A stretch of DNA of 64,000 nt, from NCBI GenBank assembly GCA_028688415.1, contig JAQTYF010000001.1, positions 10,385-74,384 on the forward strand, read 5' to 3'. The notes beneath the pieces were generated by a model. That model saw only the letters and a list, made by a program, of their open reading frames with translations. It was not told the DNA's origin and did not search any database. The DNA is from Candidatus Moraniibacteriota bacterium (lineage in GTDB: Bacteria; Patescibacteriota; Minisyncoccia; Moranbacterales; UBA1568). Positions 1 to 8,684 of this stretch are shown here, in pieces (position 1 is the stretch's first letter; each line of letters opens with the position of its first letter). Both the position numbers and the translations under genes were made by a program.

Positions 1-113
1 AGGGGAAGTATAGGGGCTGACACCTGACCAGTGCTGGAACGTTAACGGGAGCGGTGCAAGCCAATCCCCGAAGCGCCAGTGAACGTCGGCGATAACTATA
101 ATCGTCCTAAGGT

Positions 114-384
114 TTCGGAACGCTCGCAAGAGAGTTTCGAAAGGACTGGGACGATTGTAGGAAGTGTGATAAAGAGATAGAAGAGCTGCTTCGTTCTCTA
201 GTAATAGAGAACAGGTCCTAAAAAATACATGGCCATATGCTGGAAATCTGCTTTGCAGACAATCAGCAGGAAAGATTCTTTATTCTTTTATATAAGGATA
301 AAGAAAATCCTCAGAGACTATATGCCATGCTCCTATAGTGAAATATAGGATGAAGATAGAGTCCTTCGCCAAAAAGGAGCGAAA
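114..384 (+). ncRNA. Group I intron at 23S position L1931, no ORF
   Basis: Interrupts CCTAAGGT|AGCGAAATTCC. Core elements: P3 CATGGC/GCCATG, P ATGCTGGAAA, Q AATCAGCAGG, R TCAGAGACTA, S AAGATAGAGTCC. 3' boundary is 384 (ends in A) or 377 (ends in G). Confidence 0.88.
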
Positions 385-404
385 AGCGAAATTCCTTGTC
401 AGGT

Positions 405-1129
405 AAATTGTCAGAATTGCCTGAATATCGTGGTAACATGGTATAAGTAACCCGGCTTATAACGGTGAAGCCTAACATCTGCCAATCGGCTGATTATGGT
501 AATACCGTGGGAAGTCCCCTGAGAAGAATCAAAGGGTGACCCCGTAACGACTGATGCGAAAGCAGAGGCCCCCGCCTATTGCGCGGAGGCAACACGCCGG
601 CTCTTATCTAACCCAAAAGAAACATATGGATCTTGCTTCTTACATTTCCGGTTTTGTAGATGGTGAAGGATGCTTTAGTGTATCTTTTACTCTTCGCGCA
701 AAATTGAAAACAGGAATAGAAGTTCGACCGAGTTTTTCGATCGGACAGAATAAGCGCAGTTTGAAACTGTTACAAGAAATAGAACAGTTTTTCAAATGCG
801 GAAGTATACGCTTTTCATCACGTGATAATTGCTATAAGTATGAAACACGAGATATAAGTGAGCTTATGCGGAAAATTATTCCGCACTTTGAAAAATTCCC
901 TCTTCAATCAGATAAAGCGAAAGATTTCAAAATTTTTCGTGATATATGCAAAGAGATATCTACTGCAAAACATCTCAATCCAGAGCATTTGAAACAGATT
1001 ATTCATCTGGCCTATCAAATGAATGGATCGGGAAAAAGGAAATATCCAGAAGCAGAACTCCTACGTGTTCTGGATAAGATGAAGATATAGTCTAATGAAG
1101 CGTGAAAACGTGAGAAGATAATATAAATG
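405..1129 (+). ncRNA. Group I intron at 23S position L1951 carrying a homing endonuclease gene
   Basis: Interrupts GTCAGGT|AAGTTCTGAC; 5' exon ends in U and intron ends in G at 1129; R element CCGTAACGACTG (~542-553), S element AAGATATAGTCT (~1082-1093). Confidence 0.92.
626..1090 (+). CDS. Single-motif LAGLIDADG homing endonuclease (intron-encoded)
   Basis: YISGFVDGEGCF motif followed by FSIGQ and HFEKFPLQSDKAKDF, typical of I-CreI-like proteins; ATG at 626 preferred over the ORF-track start at 554. Confidence 0.93.
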   Translation: MDLASYISGFVDGEGCFSVSFTLRAKLKTGIEVRPSFSIGQNKRSLKLLQEIEQFFKCGSIRFSSRDNCYKYETRDISELMRKIIPHFEKFPLQSDKAKDFKIFRDICKEISTAKHLNPEHLKQIIHLAYQMNGSGKRKYPEAELLRVLDKMKI

Positions 1130-1414
1130 AAGTTCTGACGCGCATGAAAGGTGTAATGACTTGGAAACTGTCTCAACGAACATCCCGGTGAAATTGCAAT
1201 GACGGTAAAGATGCCGTCGACCTACAGCTAGACGAAAAGACCCCATGGAGCTTTACTATAACTTGGTATTGAATTAAAGTTTTTGTTGCCGAGCATAGGT
1301 GGGAGACTATGAAGCACCCCTTCTGGGGGGTGTGGAGTCATCACTGGAATACCACTCTGCAGAGATTTTAATTCTAACCCGCGGCCATTATCTGGTCGGG
1401 GGACAGTGCCTGGT

Positions 1415-1446
<32 letters not shown>

Positions 1447-1668
1447 GTGCAACGGAGGCGTTTACAAAGGTTCTCTAGGTCCGGATGGAAATCGGACCGA
1501 TAGCGCAAAAGCATAAGAGAGCTTTACTGAAAGACCGATCAGTCGATCAGTTACGAAAGTAGAATTTAGTGAACCGACCATTACTCGTAGGAGTGTGGAA
1601 GATCATCAGATAAAAGTTACCCTGGGGATAACAGGCTGATCTTGCCCAAGAGTCCATATCGACGGCAA

Positions 1669-1706
<38 letters not shown>

Positions 1707-1916
1707 GTGGAGAAGCTCCCAAGGGTTTGGCTGTTCGCCAATTAAAGTGGTACGTGAGCTGGGTTCAAACCGTCGTGAGACAGGTTGGTTTCCTATCTGC
1801 TGTAGGCGTGTGTTGCTTGAGAGAACTCTTTCCTAGTACGAGAGGACCGGAAAGAACGAACCTCTGGTGTATCTGCTGTTCCGCCAGGAGCATCGCAGAG
1901 TAGCTACGTTCGGGTA

Positions 1917-1949
<33 letters not shown>

Positions 1950-2195
1950 AAGCTCAAGATAAGGCAACAGTATCAGTTTACTGATACAAAATTTCCTAGA
2001 AGATTACTAGGTTGATAGGCTGCAGATGTAAGTCCCGAGAGGGATTCAGTCAAGCAGTACTAATAAATTTATTCAACTTTCTTTTTTCTAACCTTGTTTT
2101 ATTCTCGCAAGAGAGTAATATGAGTTACGGTTAGCAGTGAAGAGTGCTTGTTAAATGGGGACACAACATTATATATTAGACAGACAATTTGGAGG

Positions 2196-2232
2196 CCCGC
2201 CTGCAACGCTATGCGTAGCATTGCGGGCAGGG
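2196..2232. repeat. GC-rich REP-like palindrome (related copy at 35756-35824)
   Basis: CCCGCCTGCAACGCTA-TGCG-TAGCATTGCGGGCAGGG. Confidence 0.7.
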
Positions 2233-2261
2233 GAATTTCCCATACGTTTTTGAGAGCAGAG

Positions 2262-2373
2262 TATCCGGTGCTTCTAGCGAAGTGGAAACACCTGATCCCA
2301 TACCGAACTCAGCAGTTAAGCACTTCAGCACCGATGGTAGCCTTCAGTGGCAAGAGTAGGACAGTGCCGGGTA
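2262..2373 (+). rRNA. rrf: 5S rRNA
   Basis: ACACCTGATCCCATACCGAACTCAGCAGTTAAGC, CCGATGGTAG, GAGTAGGACAGTGCCGGGTA; terminal stem TATCCGG/CCGGGTA; downstream of 23S. Confidence 0.95.
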
Positions 2374-2410
2374 CTCTGAACTCAAAAAATAATGTAAAAA
2401 TGGTGCAGTT

Positions 2411-2440
2411 TCCGCCCGAGGCGGACCAGCCTTGGGCTGG
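2411..2440. repeat. 30-bp double-hairpin element
   Basis: TCCGCC-CGA-GGCGGA followed by CCAGCC-TTG-GGCTGG; a related copy lies reverse-complemented inside ychF at 29620-29649. Confidence 0.8.
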
Positions 2441-2445
2441 AAGCA

Positions 2446-2492
2446 TCAGCACCGATGGTAGCCTTCAGTGGCAAGAGTAGGACAGTGCCGGG
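2446..2492 (+). repeat. Exact duplicate of the 3' ~47 nt of 5S rRNA
   Basis: TCAGCACCGATGGTAGCCTTCAGTGGCAAGAGTAGGACAGTGCCGGG is identical to 2325-2371. Confidence 0.92.
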
Positions 2493-2523
2493 AACATTCC
2501 TCTTCAAATCTTTCAAAAATTAC

Positions 2524-2556
2524 AAATACAGCCTGAACAAGGTTGTTTTTTTGTTT
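2524..2556 (+). terminator. Rho-independent terminator after rrn, repeated at 3181-3213
   Basis: ACAGCCT-GAACA-AGGTTGT followed by a T run. Confidence 0.7.
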
Positions 2557-2631
2557 GTCTTGACTTATTCTAGGGGGGTAAAATAGGGTTATGAACTGCA
2601 TAGTTTATTATTCTTTTAGTAAAAAATTTTT

Positions 2632-3165
2632 ATGTCATTTGAATTCTTCAATAAGAACGACAAGTCATTGAAAAAAGTAAGTAATACTGAAGATACTCCA
2701 GAAGCACAAAAAATGCTTTCAAGAGTATCCGATAAATCTGTTCAAGAAGAAATTATTTCAAACGCAGAGAGTAAGAAGACTGGTGTAAAGGAAAATATTA
2801 AGAGTATAAAAAATGAGATTAAGGATACAGAGGCTACATTGTTGTCCTTGAAGACACAGAAGGAAATGTTAGATATAGATATGAAAAACTTATTAAATAA
2901 AATAAGACGTATTCGGAATGAAGAGAAAAAAATAGATGATCATTTGGTCTCTATGAAGGCATATCTAAAGGGATCTGCTTTGTATGAAACTCAGAATGGA
3001 ACTTTGATATCAAGCCTTCCTGATGAACATCCTGTTATTAAGGAAATTGAACGAAAAAACACCGATTCTGATGCAAAGAAATCAGAGAATATGCAATCGA
3101 TTATCAACAGAGTTCTTAAAGCTACTGATACAGAGGAAATGCTAAAGAAAAAGAGAGAGAAATAA
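2632..3165 (+). CDS. Hypothetical Lys/Glu-rich coiled-coil protein
   Basis: 177-aa ORF, heptad-like charged composition, AT-rich, no recognised motif. Confidence 0.65.
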   Translation: MSFEFFNKNDKSLKKVSNTEDTPEAQKMLSRVSDKSVQEEIISNAESKKTGVKENIKSIKNEIKDTEATLLSLKTQKEMLDIDMKNLLNKIRRIRNEEKKIDDHLVSMKAYLKGSALYETQNGTLISSLPDEHPVIKEIERKNTDSDAKKSENMQSIINRVLKATDTEEMLKKKREK

Positions 3166-3180
3166 TCTAGATTTTTTATA

Positions 3181-3213
3181 AAATATAGCCTGAACAAGGT
3201 TGTTTTTTTGTTT
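3181..3213 (+). terminator. Terminator, direct repeat of 2524-2556
   Basis: ATAGCCT-GAACA-AGGTTGT followed by a T run. Confidence 0.7.
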
Positions 3214-3239
3214 ATTTTTGAAATAAAAAACTATTGAAT

Positions 3240-3344
3240 TGTCATTCTCGCGAAGGCGGGAATCTAGGTCTTGTAGTAATAAAGATATTGCCTTTCTAGA
3301 TTCCCGCCGGATGTTTATCCGCCAACTGGAGGACGGGAATGACA
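3240..3344. repeat. REP-like composite palindrome (GTCATTCYCGCG..GGCGGGAATC family)
   Basis: TGTCATTCTCGCGAAGGCGGGAATCTAG ... CTAGATTCCCGCC ... CGGGAATGACA; half copy at 62137-62164. Confidence 0.75.
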
Positions 3345-3415
3345 GAGAGAAGTGTGCTATAATAGAGTCAATATTTCACCGATGAAGGTGATATGAATAA
3401 TCATTTTTTACACTT

Positions 3416-4255
3416 ATGTCTCGAAAGACGAAACAATTTTTTGTAGCCATGATTTATATTTTCCTTTTCTCACTTCTGTTCACTGTTGTCTATTTTGCTT
3501 TTATCAAAGCCCCAGAGACCTGTTTTGATGGTAAGAAAAATCAGAACGAACAGGGAATAGACTGTAGCGGAGTCTGCTCTGTCGCATGCAAAGAAATCGT
3601 GATTGGGACAGCGCTTCAGATAAAAGAACAATCCTTTATGAAAAGCCGAGAAAATACTTATGATATTCTTGCTAAAGTTTTCAATCCCAATGGAGAGATA
3701 GGTGCAGTTTCATTTTCTTATACCGCTTCGCTTCTTGACGCTACAGGAATAGTACTCGCTTCACGTACTGGCACAGCAAATACTTTGCCTCTGGAAAATA
3801 AATATCTTTTGGTATTCAATCTGGAAACACGAGGGATACCTGTTGCTGTGTCTCTTGAAATGAATGATATTGTCTGGGAACGATTCTCTGGATATCAAGA
3901 AAAACCAGCCGTGAATATCTATCGTAAAGAATACAATGAAGTTTCTTCGAGTGCAGTATTCAGCGAAGCGACGGGACTTGTCTCCAATGAAAGTTCTTAT
4001 GACTTCCAATCACTGATCGTACAGGTTATTTTGCGTGATGTTTTTGGCAAACCACTTGCCGTCAATTCAACCGAAATGAACACGATGCTTTCTCGAGAGA
4101 ATCGTGATTTCCGTCTCGTCTGGCCGACTGCTTTCCCAGGACGCGTGGAAGATATCGAGATGGTTGTTGATGTCGATGCTTATCATTCTCTGAATTTCAT
4201 CAAACAATATCTCCGAGAAGGAGCGTCTCAAGATTTTATCCCATCCAAGAGATAA
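3416..4255 (+). CDS. Membrane-anchored hypothetical protein with a CxDGxxNQxExGxDC Cys motif
   Basis: N-terminal TM helix, CFDGKKNQNEQGIDCSGVC, then a beta-rich region. Confidence 0.8.
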   Translation: MSRKTKQFFVAMIYIFLFSLLFTVVYFAFIKAPETCFDGKKNQNEQGIDCSGVCSVACKEIVIGTALQIKEQSFMKSRENTYDILAKVFNPNGEIGAVSFSYTASLLDATGIVLASRTGTANTLPLENKYLLVFNLETRGIPVAVSLEMNDIVWERFSGYQEKPAVNIYRKEYNEVSSSAVFSEATGLVSNESSYDFQSLIVQVILRDVFGKPLAVNSTEMNTMLSRENRDFRLVWPTAFPGRVEDIEMVVDVDAYHSLNFIKQYLREGASQDFIPSKR

Positions 4256-4267
4256 TCACATTTTTTT

Positions 4268-5413
4268 GTGCTTCGACTATTTTCCAAGTTTGACTTTGTG
4301 TTGATTGCGGTGACGCTTCTTCTTGTAGCCGTCAGTTTGCTCACGCTCTATAGTCTTTCCGTGACTTCAGATGCAGATTATTTTACCAAACAGTTGATAT
4401 TTTCTGTCATAGGATTCTCAGTACTGTCTTTCGTAGCCTTCTTTGATTATCGACATATACAGAAATATAGTACGCTCTTCTATTTCGGAACTCTTTTTGT
4501 CTTATCCAGCGTCTTGATACTGGGTACGACGGTTCGCGGAACAGCAGGATGGATTTCTTTCGGTATATTTCAGGTACAGCCGGTTGAGTTTTCCAAAATT
4601 ACGCTGATCATTTTTCTCGCGAGTTTTATTTCCAAGAAGAAGTCGGAGCTCGGTGAATGGGCGAGAGTGATTGCTTCTCTTGTTTTATCGGCCATTCTTA
4701 TTTTCCTTGTTTTGAAACAACCGGATCTCGGATCAAGTATTGTACTCGCGAGTATATGGATAGGAATGATTCTTTCATCAGGACTCAGAATGAAACATCT
4801 TATCGTACTCTTTGTTCTCGGGATGATGCTTATTGGAGGAAGCTGGTTCGCGCTCGCGGATTATCAGAAGGACCGTATCAACAACTTCATTCATCCAGAA
4901 TCCGATCCCAAGGGGAGTGGATACAACGTTCTTCAGTCTATCGTTGCTGTTGGTTCGGGAGGATTGTTTGGCAAGGGTATTGGTCATGGGTCGCAGTCTC
5001 AGCTCAACTTCCTTCCCGAGAAACACACGGACTTCATTTTCGCTGTTATTGCCGAAGAGCTCGGACTTATTGGTTCATTTTTTGTAATAAGTTTGTATCT
5101 TGTACTTTTATACCGTATCAAGCGTATTGGCGATATGGCGAGTGATAATTTTGGTTATTTGATCGCTGTTGGAGTGCTGGTGATGCTCTTTGTGCAGATT
5201 GTGATCAATATCGGTATGAATATTGGCTTGCTTCCAGTGACCGGATTACCTGCCCCACTCGTGAGCTATGGCGGAAGCTCTCTTGTTACCACTCTTTTGG
5301 CCCTTGGACTGCTTCTTAATATTTATCAGAAACGTCGAGAGAATACCGATCTTCATATTTCTCTCGAGAAGAGTGTGCTCGACGAGCATATGATTGTCGA
5401 AAGAGAAGCATAA
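4268..5413 (+). CDS. rodA: Rod shape-determining protein RodA (SEDS glycosyltransferase)
   Basis: QPVEFSK, KQPDLGS, GYNVLQS.IAVGSGG..GKG, LPEKHTDFIF...EELG, LLPVTGLP.PLVSYGGSS. Confidence 0.93.
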   Translation: MLRLFSKFDFVLIAVTLLLVAVSLLTLYSLSVTSDADYFTKQLIFSVIGFSVLSFVAFFDYRHIQKYSTLFYFGTLFVLSSVLILGTTVRGTAGWISFGIFQVQPVEFSKITLIIFLASFISKKKSELGEWARVIASLVLSAILIFLVLKQPDLGSSIVLASIWIGMILSSGLRMKHLIVLFVLGMMLIGGSWFALADYQKDRINNFIHPESDPKGSGYNVLQSIVAVGSGGLFGKGIGHGSQSQLNFLPEKHTDFIFAVIAEELGLIGSFFVISLYLVLLYRIKRIGDMASDNFGYLIAVGVLVMLFVQIVINIGMNIGLLPVTGLPAPLVSYGGSSLVTTLLALGLLLNIYQKRRENTDLHISLEKSVLDEHMIVEREA

Positions 5414-5581
5414 TACCTGTCAGGAGAGTGATAAAGAATCGGAGAAAATCGTATGATGATGTATATATCTGCGCAGAGTGCGTTTGACGAATATCTCCTT
5501 TCTTGCTACAATAAAAAGGCTTAAAAAAAGCATTCCCTCTATTCTATCACTGATAGAATATCTTTATTTCTTATCAATCTT

Positions 5582-5806
5582 ATGAGAAGTTTCCTTATCG
5601 TGCAGGCCGTGGTCGCCATTTTGCTTACCCTCTCTATCCTTCTTCAGAATCGAGGCTCTGGTCTCGGGAGTACTTTTGGGGGTGATTTTGGTGGATATTA
5701 TACCAAAAGAGGTATGGAAAAATTCCTTATTTACGCGACAGTCGTTTTGGCGATTATTTTTTTCGCACTTGCCATTCTCAATGTCTGGCTCCCACTTCAT
5801 TCTTAA
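5582..5806 (+). CDS. secG: Preprotein translocase subunit SecG
   Basis: Two TM helices flanking ILLQNRGSGLGSTFGG...TKRGMEKFL. Confidence 0.9.
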   Translation: MRSFLIVQAVVAILLTLSILLQNRGSGLGSTFGGDFGGYYTKRGMEKFLIYATVVLAIIFFALAILNVWLPLHS

Positions 5807-5884
5807 TATACGCGTATTCGTATCTTTGAATCCATCCTCATCTTAAAGAGACTCAAATGGGCACGTCTGTTCCAGGCTTTGAGA

Positions 5885-7522
5885 ATGAGAGATAAAATTA
5901 TTATTTCCTTTTTTATTGTAACGAGTGTTACAGCGCTTGTTTTTTGGCTTGGTGCACTGTATGTCGTGTCGACAGTTACTGTCCCGCAAGCAGGCGGTGA
6001 ATACACTGAGGGGATTGTGGCTCAACCACGTTATATCAATCCTATCCTTTCTCAGACGAGTGATGCTGATGCTGATCTCGTAGAATTGATCTATAGCGGA
6101 CTGTTTTCATACGATGCTGATGGGAATCTGATCAATCGTTTGGCGGAAGATTATTCCGTTTCTTCTGATGGAAAAGTATACACGATACATATCCGTCAGG
6201 GTGTCAAATGGCATGACGGCGAAGAGCTCACAGCCGATGATGTTGTCTATACTATTCGATCGATTCAGAATCCAGCTTACAAAAGTCCTCTCCGATCAAA
6301 TTGGTTGTCTGTAGAGACCGATGCTCCTGAGAAATACACTGTAACGTTTACTCTTCAAAAATCGTATTCTCGATTCTTGAATAACTTGACCGTAGGTATA
6401 TTGCCGAAGCATATCTGGAAAAACATTGCACAAGAAAGCTTCTTTCTCGCAGATTATAATCTTGCTCCTGTTGGTAGTGGTCCATACATTTTTTTTAATT
6501 CCGAAAAAGATTCAAGTGGAAATATTCTTTCGTACGAACTTCGTGCATGGAAGGAATATTTCGATGGCGCACCGTATATTTCGAAAATTGTTTTCCATTT
6601 CTATCCTGACGAACAGACACTGATCGACGCATACAATAAGAAAGAAGTGCTTGGTATCAATTCGCTTGTCCCTGAAAATATTTCCAAACTCAAGGCACGC
6701 AAGAGTACTCGCATCTATGATATCAATACACCTCGAGTTTTTTCTGTCTTCTTCAATCCGACAACGAGTGTTCCTCTTGCAAATGATGAAGTGCGCGAAG
6801 CTTTGAGTTATGCTATTGATCGGGAAACCATTGTACGTGAAGTGCTCTCGGGCAAGGGTCAGCCTGCCTTCGGTCCACTCCTTTCTTTTATGAGTGGATA
6901 TACTCCTGATTTTGCATTGCCGTCTTTTGATCAGGAGAGAGCCAATGCTCTTTTTGATGAGCATGGCTGGACACGTGGTACGGATGGTATTCGTTCCAAG
7001 GGTGGTGTGGCTCTCGAATTCAGTCTCGCTGTACCAGAGTGGCCAGAACTTGTGAAAACAGCAGATATTCTCAAATCAGGATGGGAACAAATAGGAGCAC
7101 GAGTGACGGTGAATATTGTGAACACTGCTGATTTGCAACAAAATATCATTCGTCCTCGTCAGTATGACGCCCTTCTTTTCGGTGAAGCATCATCGGTTGC
7201 TTCTGATCCTTATCCTTTCTGGCATTCCAGTCAAAAACGTGACCCAGGACTCAATCTCGCGTTGCTTGATAACAAAGATGTAGATGATGTTCTTGTCTCG
7301 CTTCGCGAAGAATTAGATGGAGAGAAACAAAAAGAACAATACAGAAAGTTTCAAGAGCTTCTTCTTCGGGAAAAGCCAGCCATTTTCTTGTATTCGCCGA
7401 CCTATCTCTATCTCGTGAGTAGTGTCGTGCAGGGTATCGATATACACACGATGGATACATCTCATTTTCGTTTGAGTAATGTCAAAAATTGGTACATCAA
7501 AACCGATCGGGTGAAAAAGTAA
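5885..7522 (+). CDS. ABC transporter peptide/nickel substrate-binding protein (SBP family 5)
   Basis: GVKWHDGEELTADDVVYT, PVGSGPY, VREALSYAIDR; N-terminal anchor; start uncertain (5879 TTG or 5885 ATG). Confidence 0.9.
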   Translation: MRDKIIISFFIVTSVTALVFWLGALYVVSTVTVPQAGGEYTEGIVAQPRYINPILSQTSDADADLVELIYSGLFSYDADGNLINRLAEDYSVSSDGKVYTIHIRQGVKWHDGEELTADDVVYTIRSIQNPAYKSPLRSNWLSVETDAPEKYTVTFTLQKSYSRFLNNLTVGILPKHIWKNIAQESFFLADYNLAPVGSGPYIFFNSEKDSSGNILSYELRAWKEYFDGAPYISKIVFHFYPDEQTLIDAYNKKEVLGINSLVPENISKLKARKSTRIYDINTPRVFSVFFNPTTSVPLANDEVREALSYAIDRETIVREVLSGKGQPAFGPLLSFMSGYTPDFALPSFDQERANALFDEHGWTRGTDGIRSKGGVALEFSLAVPEWPELVKTADILKSGWEQIGARVTVNIVNTADLQQNIIRPRQYDALLFGEASSVASDPYPFWHSSQKRDPGLNLALLDNKDVDDVLVSLREELDGEKQKEQYRKFQELLLREKPAIFLYSPTYLYLVSSVVQGIDIHTMDTSHFRLSNVKNWYIKTDRVKK

Positions 7523-7620
7523 TTTTCAATTTTCAAACAATGATTGAATTTTAAAATTTCGAAATTGGTTCATTGGAAATTGTTTAGAAATTAGAAATTG
7601 AAAATTAAAAACATTAAAAA
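7520..7620. repeat. AT-rich heptamer-repeat imperfect hairpin
   Basis: AATTTTCAATTTTCAA ... TTAGAAATTAGAAATTGAAAATT. Confidence 0.55.
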
Positions 7621-7628
7621 ATATTCTT

Positions 7629-8666
7629 ATGTTAAATCCTCTCGACACCTATAATTTTCGTCAGATGATCATTGATAGTCCTCTCCAGTTTCGGACAGGA
7701 TTTGATCTCGCCAAGGATATAAAAATACCAGGAACATTTACTTCTATTATGATTTCTGGTATGGGGGGCTCGGCACTTCCGGGTAATATTTTCCGTACCT
7801 ATCTCGACAATGCGTTCATTCAAGAAAAAAAAGATCCGACCAAGGAATCTCCCATTGCCGTGTATCAGAATCGTTCATACAGTCTTCCTCGAGAAGCTTT
7901 CAAAGATTGTCTCAATTTTATTTGTTCGTATTCTGGTAATACCGAAGAGACGATTGCTTCTTTTGAAGAAGCTCTCAAGAATAATTTGCCTTGCATCGGA
8001 CTTTCGAGTGGAGGAAAGATAGAAGAGATGTGTAAAGCAAATGATGTCCCTCATATCAAACTTCCTATTCCTTTTCCAGGATTTCAGCCTCGTGTCGGCA
8101 CTGGATATTTTTTCAGTACGATGCTTCAGGTACTCGTGAATCAGAGAATGACTCGTGATACGACTACAGAGCTTTTGCAGGAGGTAGAGCTCATGCAGAC
8201 GAGAATCACCGATATCGAAGAACAAGGAAAGAATTTTGCCAAACAGGTCATCGGGAAAACGCCCGTGATATATACTACACCAGAATATCAGTCCGTAGCG
8301 ATGGTGTGGAAAATCAAGTTCAATGAGAATGCCAAGACACCAGCTTTTTGGAATTTTTTTCCAGAACTGAATCACAACGAAATGGTAGGATGGACTCTTC
8401 CTCAGGGAAAGTTTATTGTCTTTATGCTTCGTGATACACTTGCACATCCACGCATTCTGAAACGTTTTGAAATAACCGCAGGACTGCTCCGTGAGAAGGG
8501 TGTCGAAGTGGTGACAGTCGATATGGTAGGAGAAACTGTTTTTGACAAGATATTTTCGAGTATTCTCTTGGCTGATTTCACTTCATATTTTCTCGCTCTG
8601 GAATACGGAGAGAATCCGACGCCTGTCGATATGGTGGAATCGCTCAAAGAACTTTTGGTAGCGTAA
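7629..8666 (+). CDS. Bifunctional phosphoglucose/phosphomannose isomerase (SIS family)
   Basis: GMGGSALPG, SYSGNTEET, SSGG, WKIKFNENAK, FPELNHNE. Confidence 0.92.
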   Translation: MLNPLDTYNFRQMIIDSPLQFRTGFDLAKDIKIPGTFTSIMISGMGGSALPGNIFRTYLDNAFIQEKKDPTKESPIAVYQNRSYSLPREAFKDCLNFICSYSGNTEETIASFEEALKNNLPCIGLSSGGKIEEMCKANDVPHIKLPIPFPGFQPRVGTGYFFSTMLQVLVNQRMTRDTTTELLQEVELMQTRITDIEEQGKNFAKQVIGKTPVIYTTPEYQSVAMVWKIKFNENAKTPAFWNFFPELNHNEMVGWTLPQGKFIVFMLRDTLAHPRILKRFEITAGLLREKGVEVVTVDMVGETVFDKIFSSILLADFTSYFLALEYGENPTPVDMVESLKELLVA

Positions 8667-8684
8667 CAATTTGAATGATATTCT

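Noticed and set aside
5582-7522. secG and the substrate-binding gene are in one frame separated by a single TAA (possible readthrough fusion)
   Set aside because: TAA is a strong stop, SecG is complete, and the downstream gene has its own start and anchor; a one-in-three coincidence.
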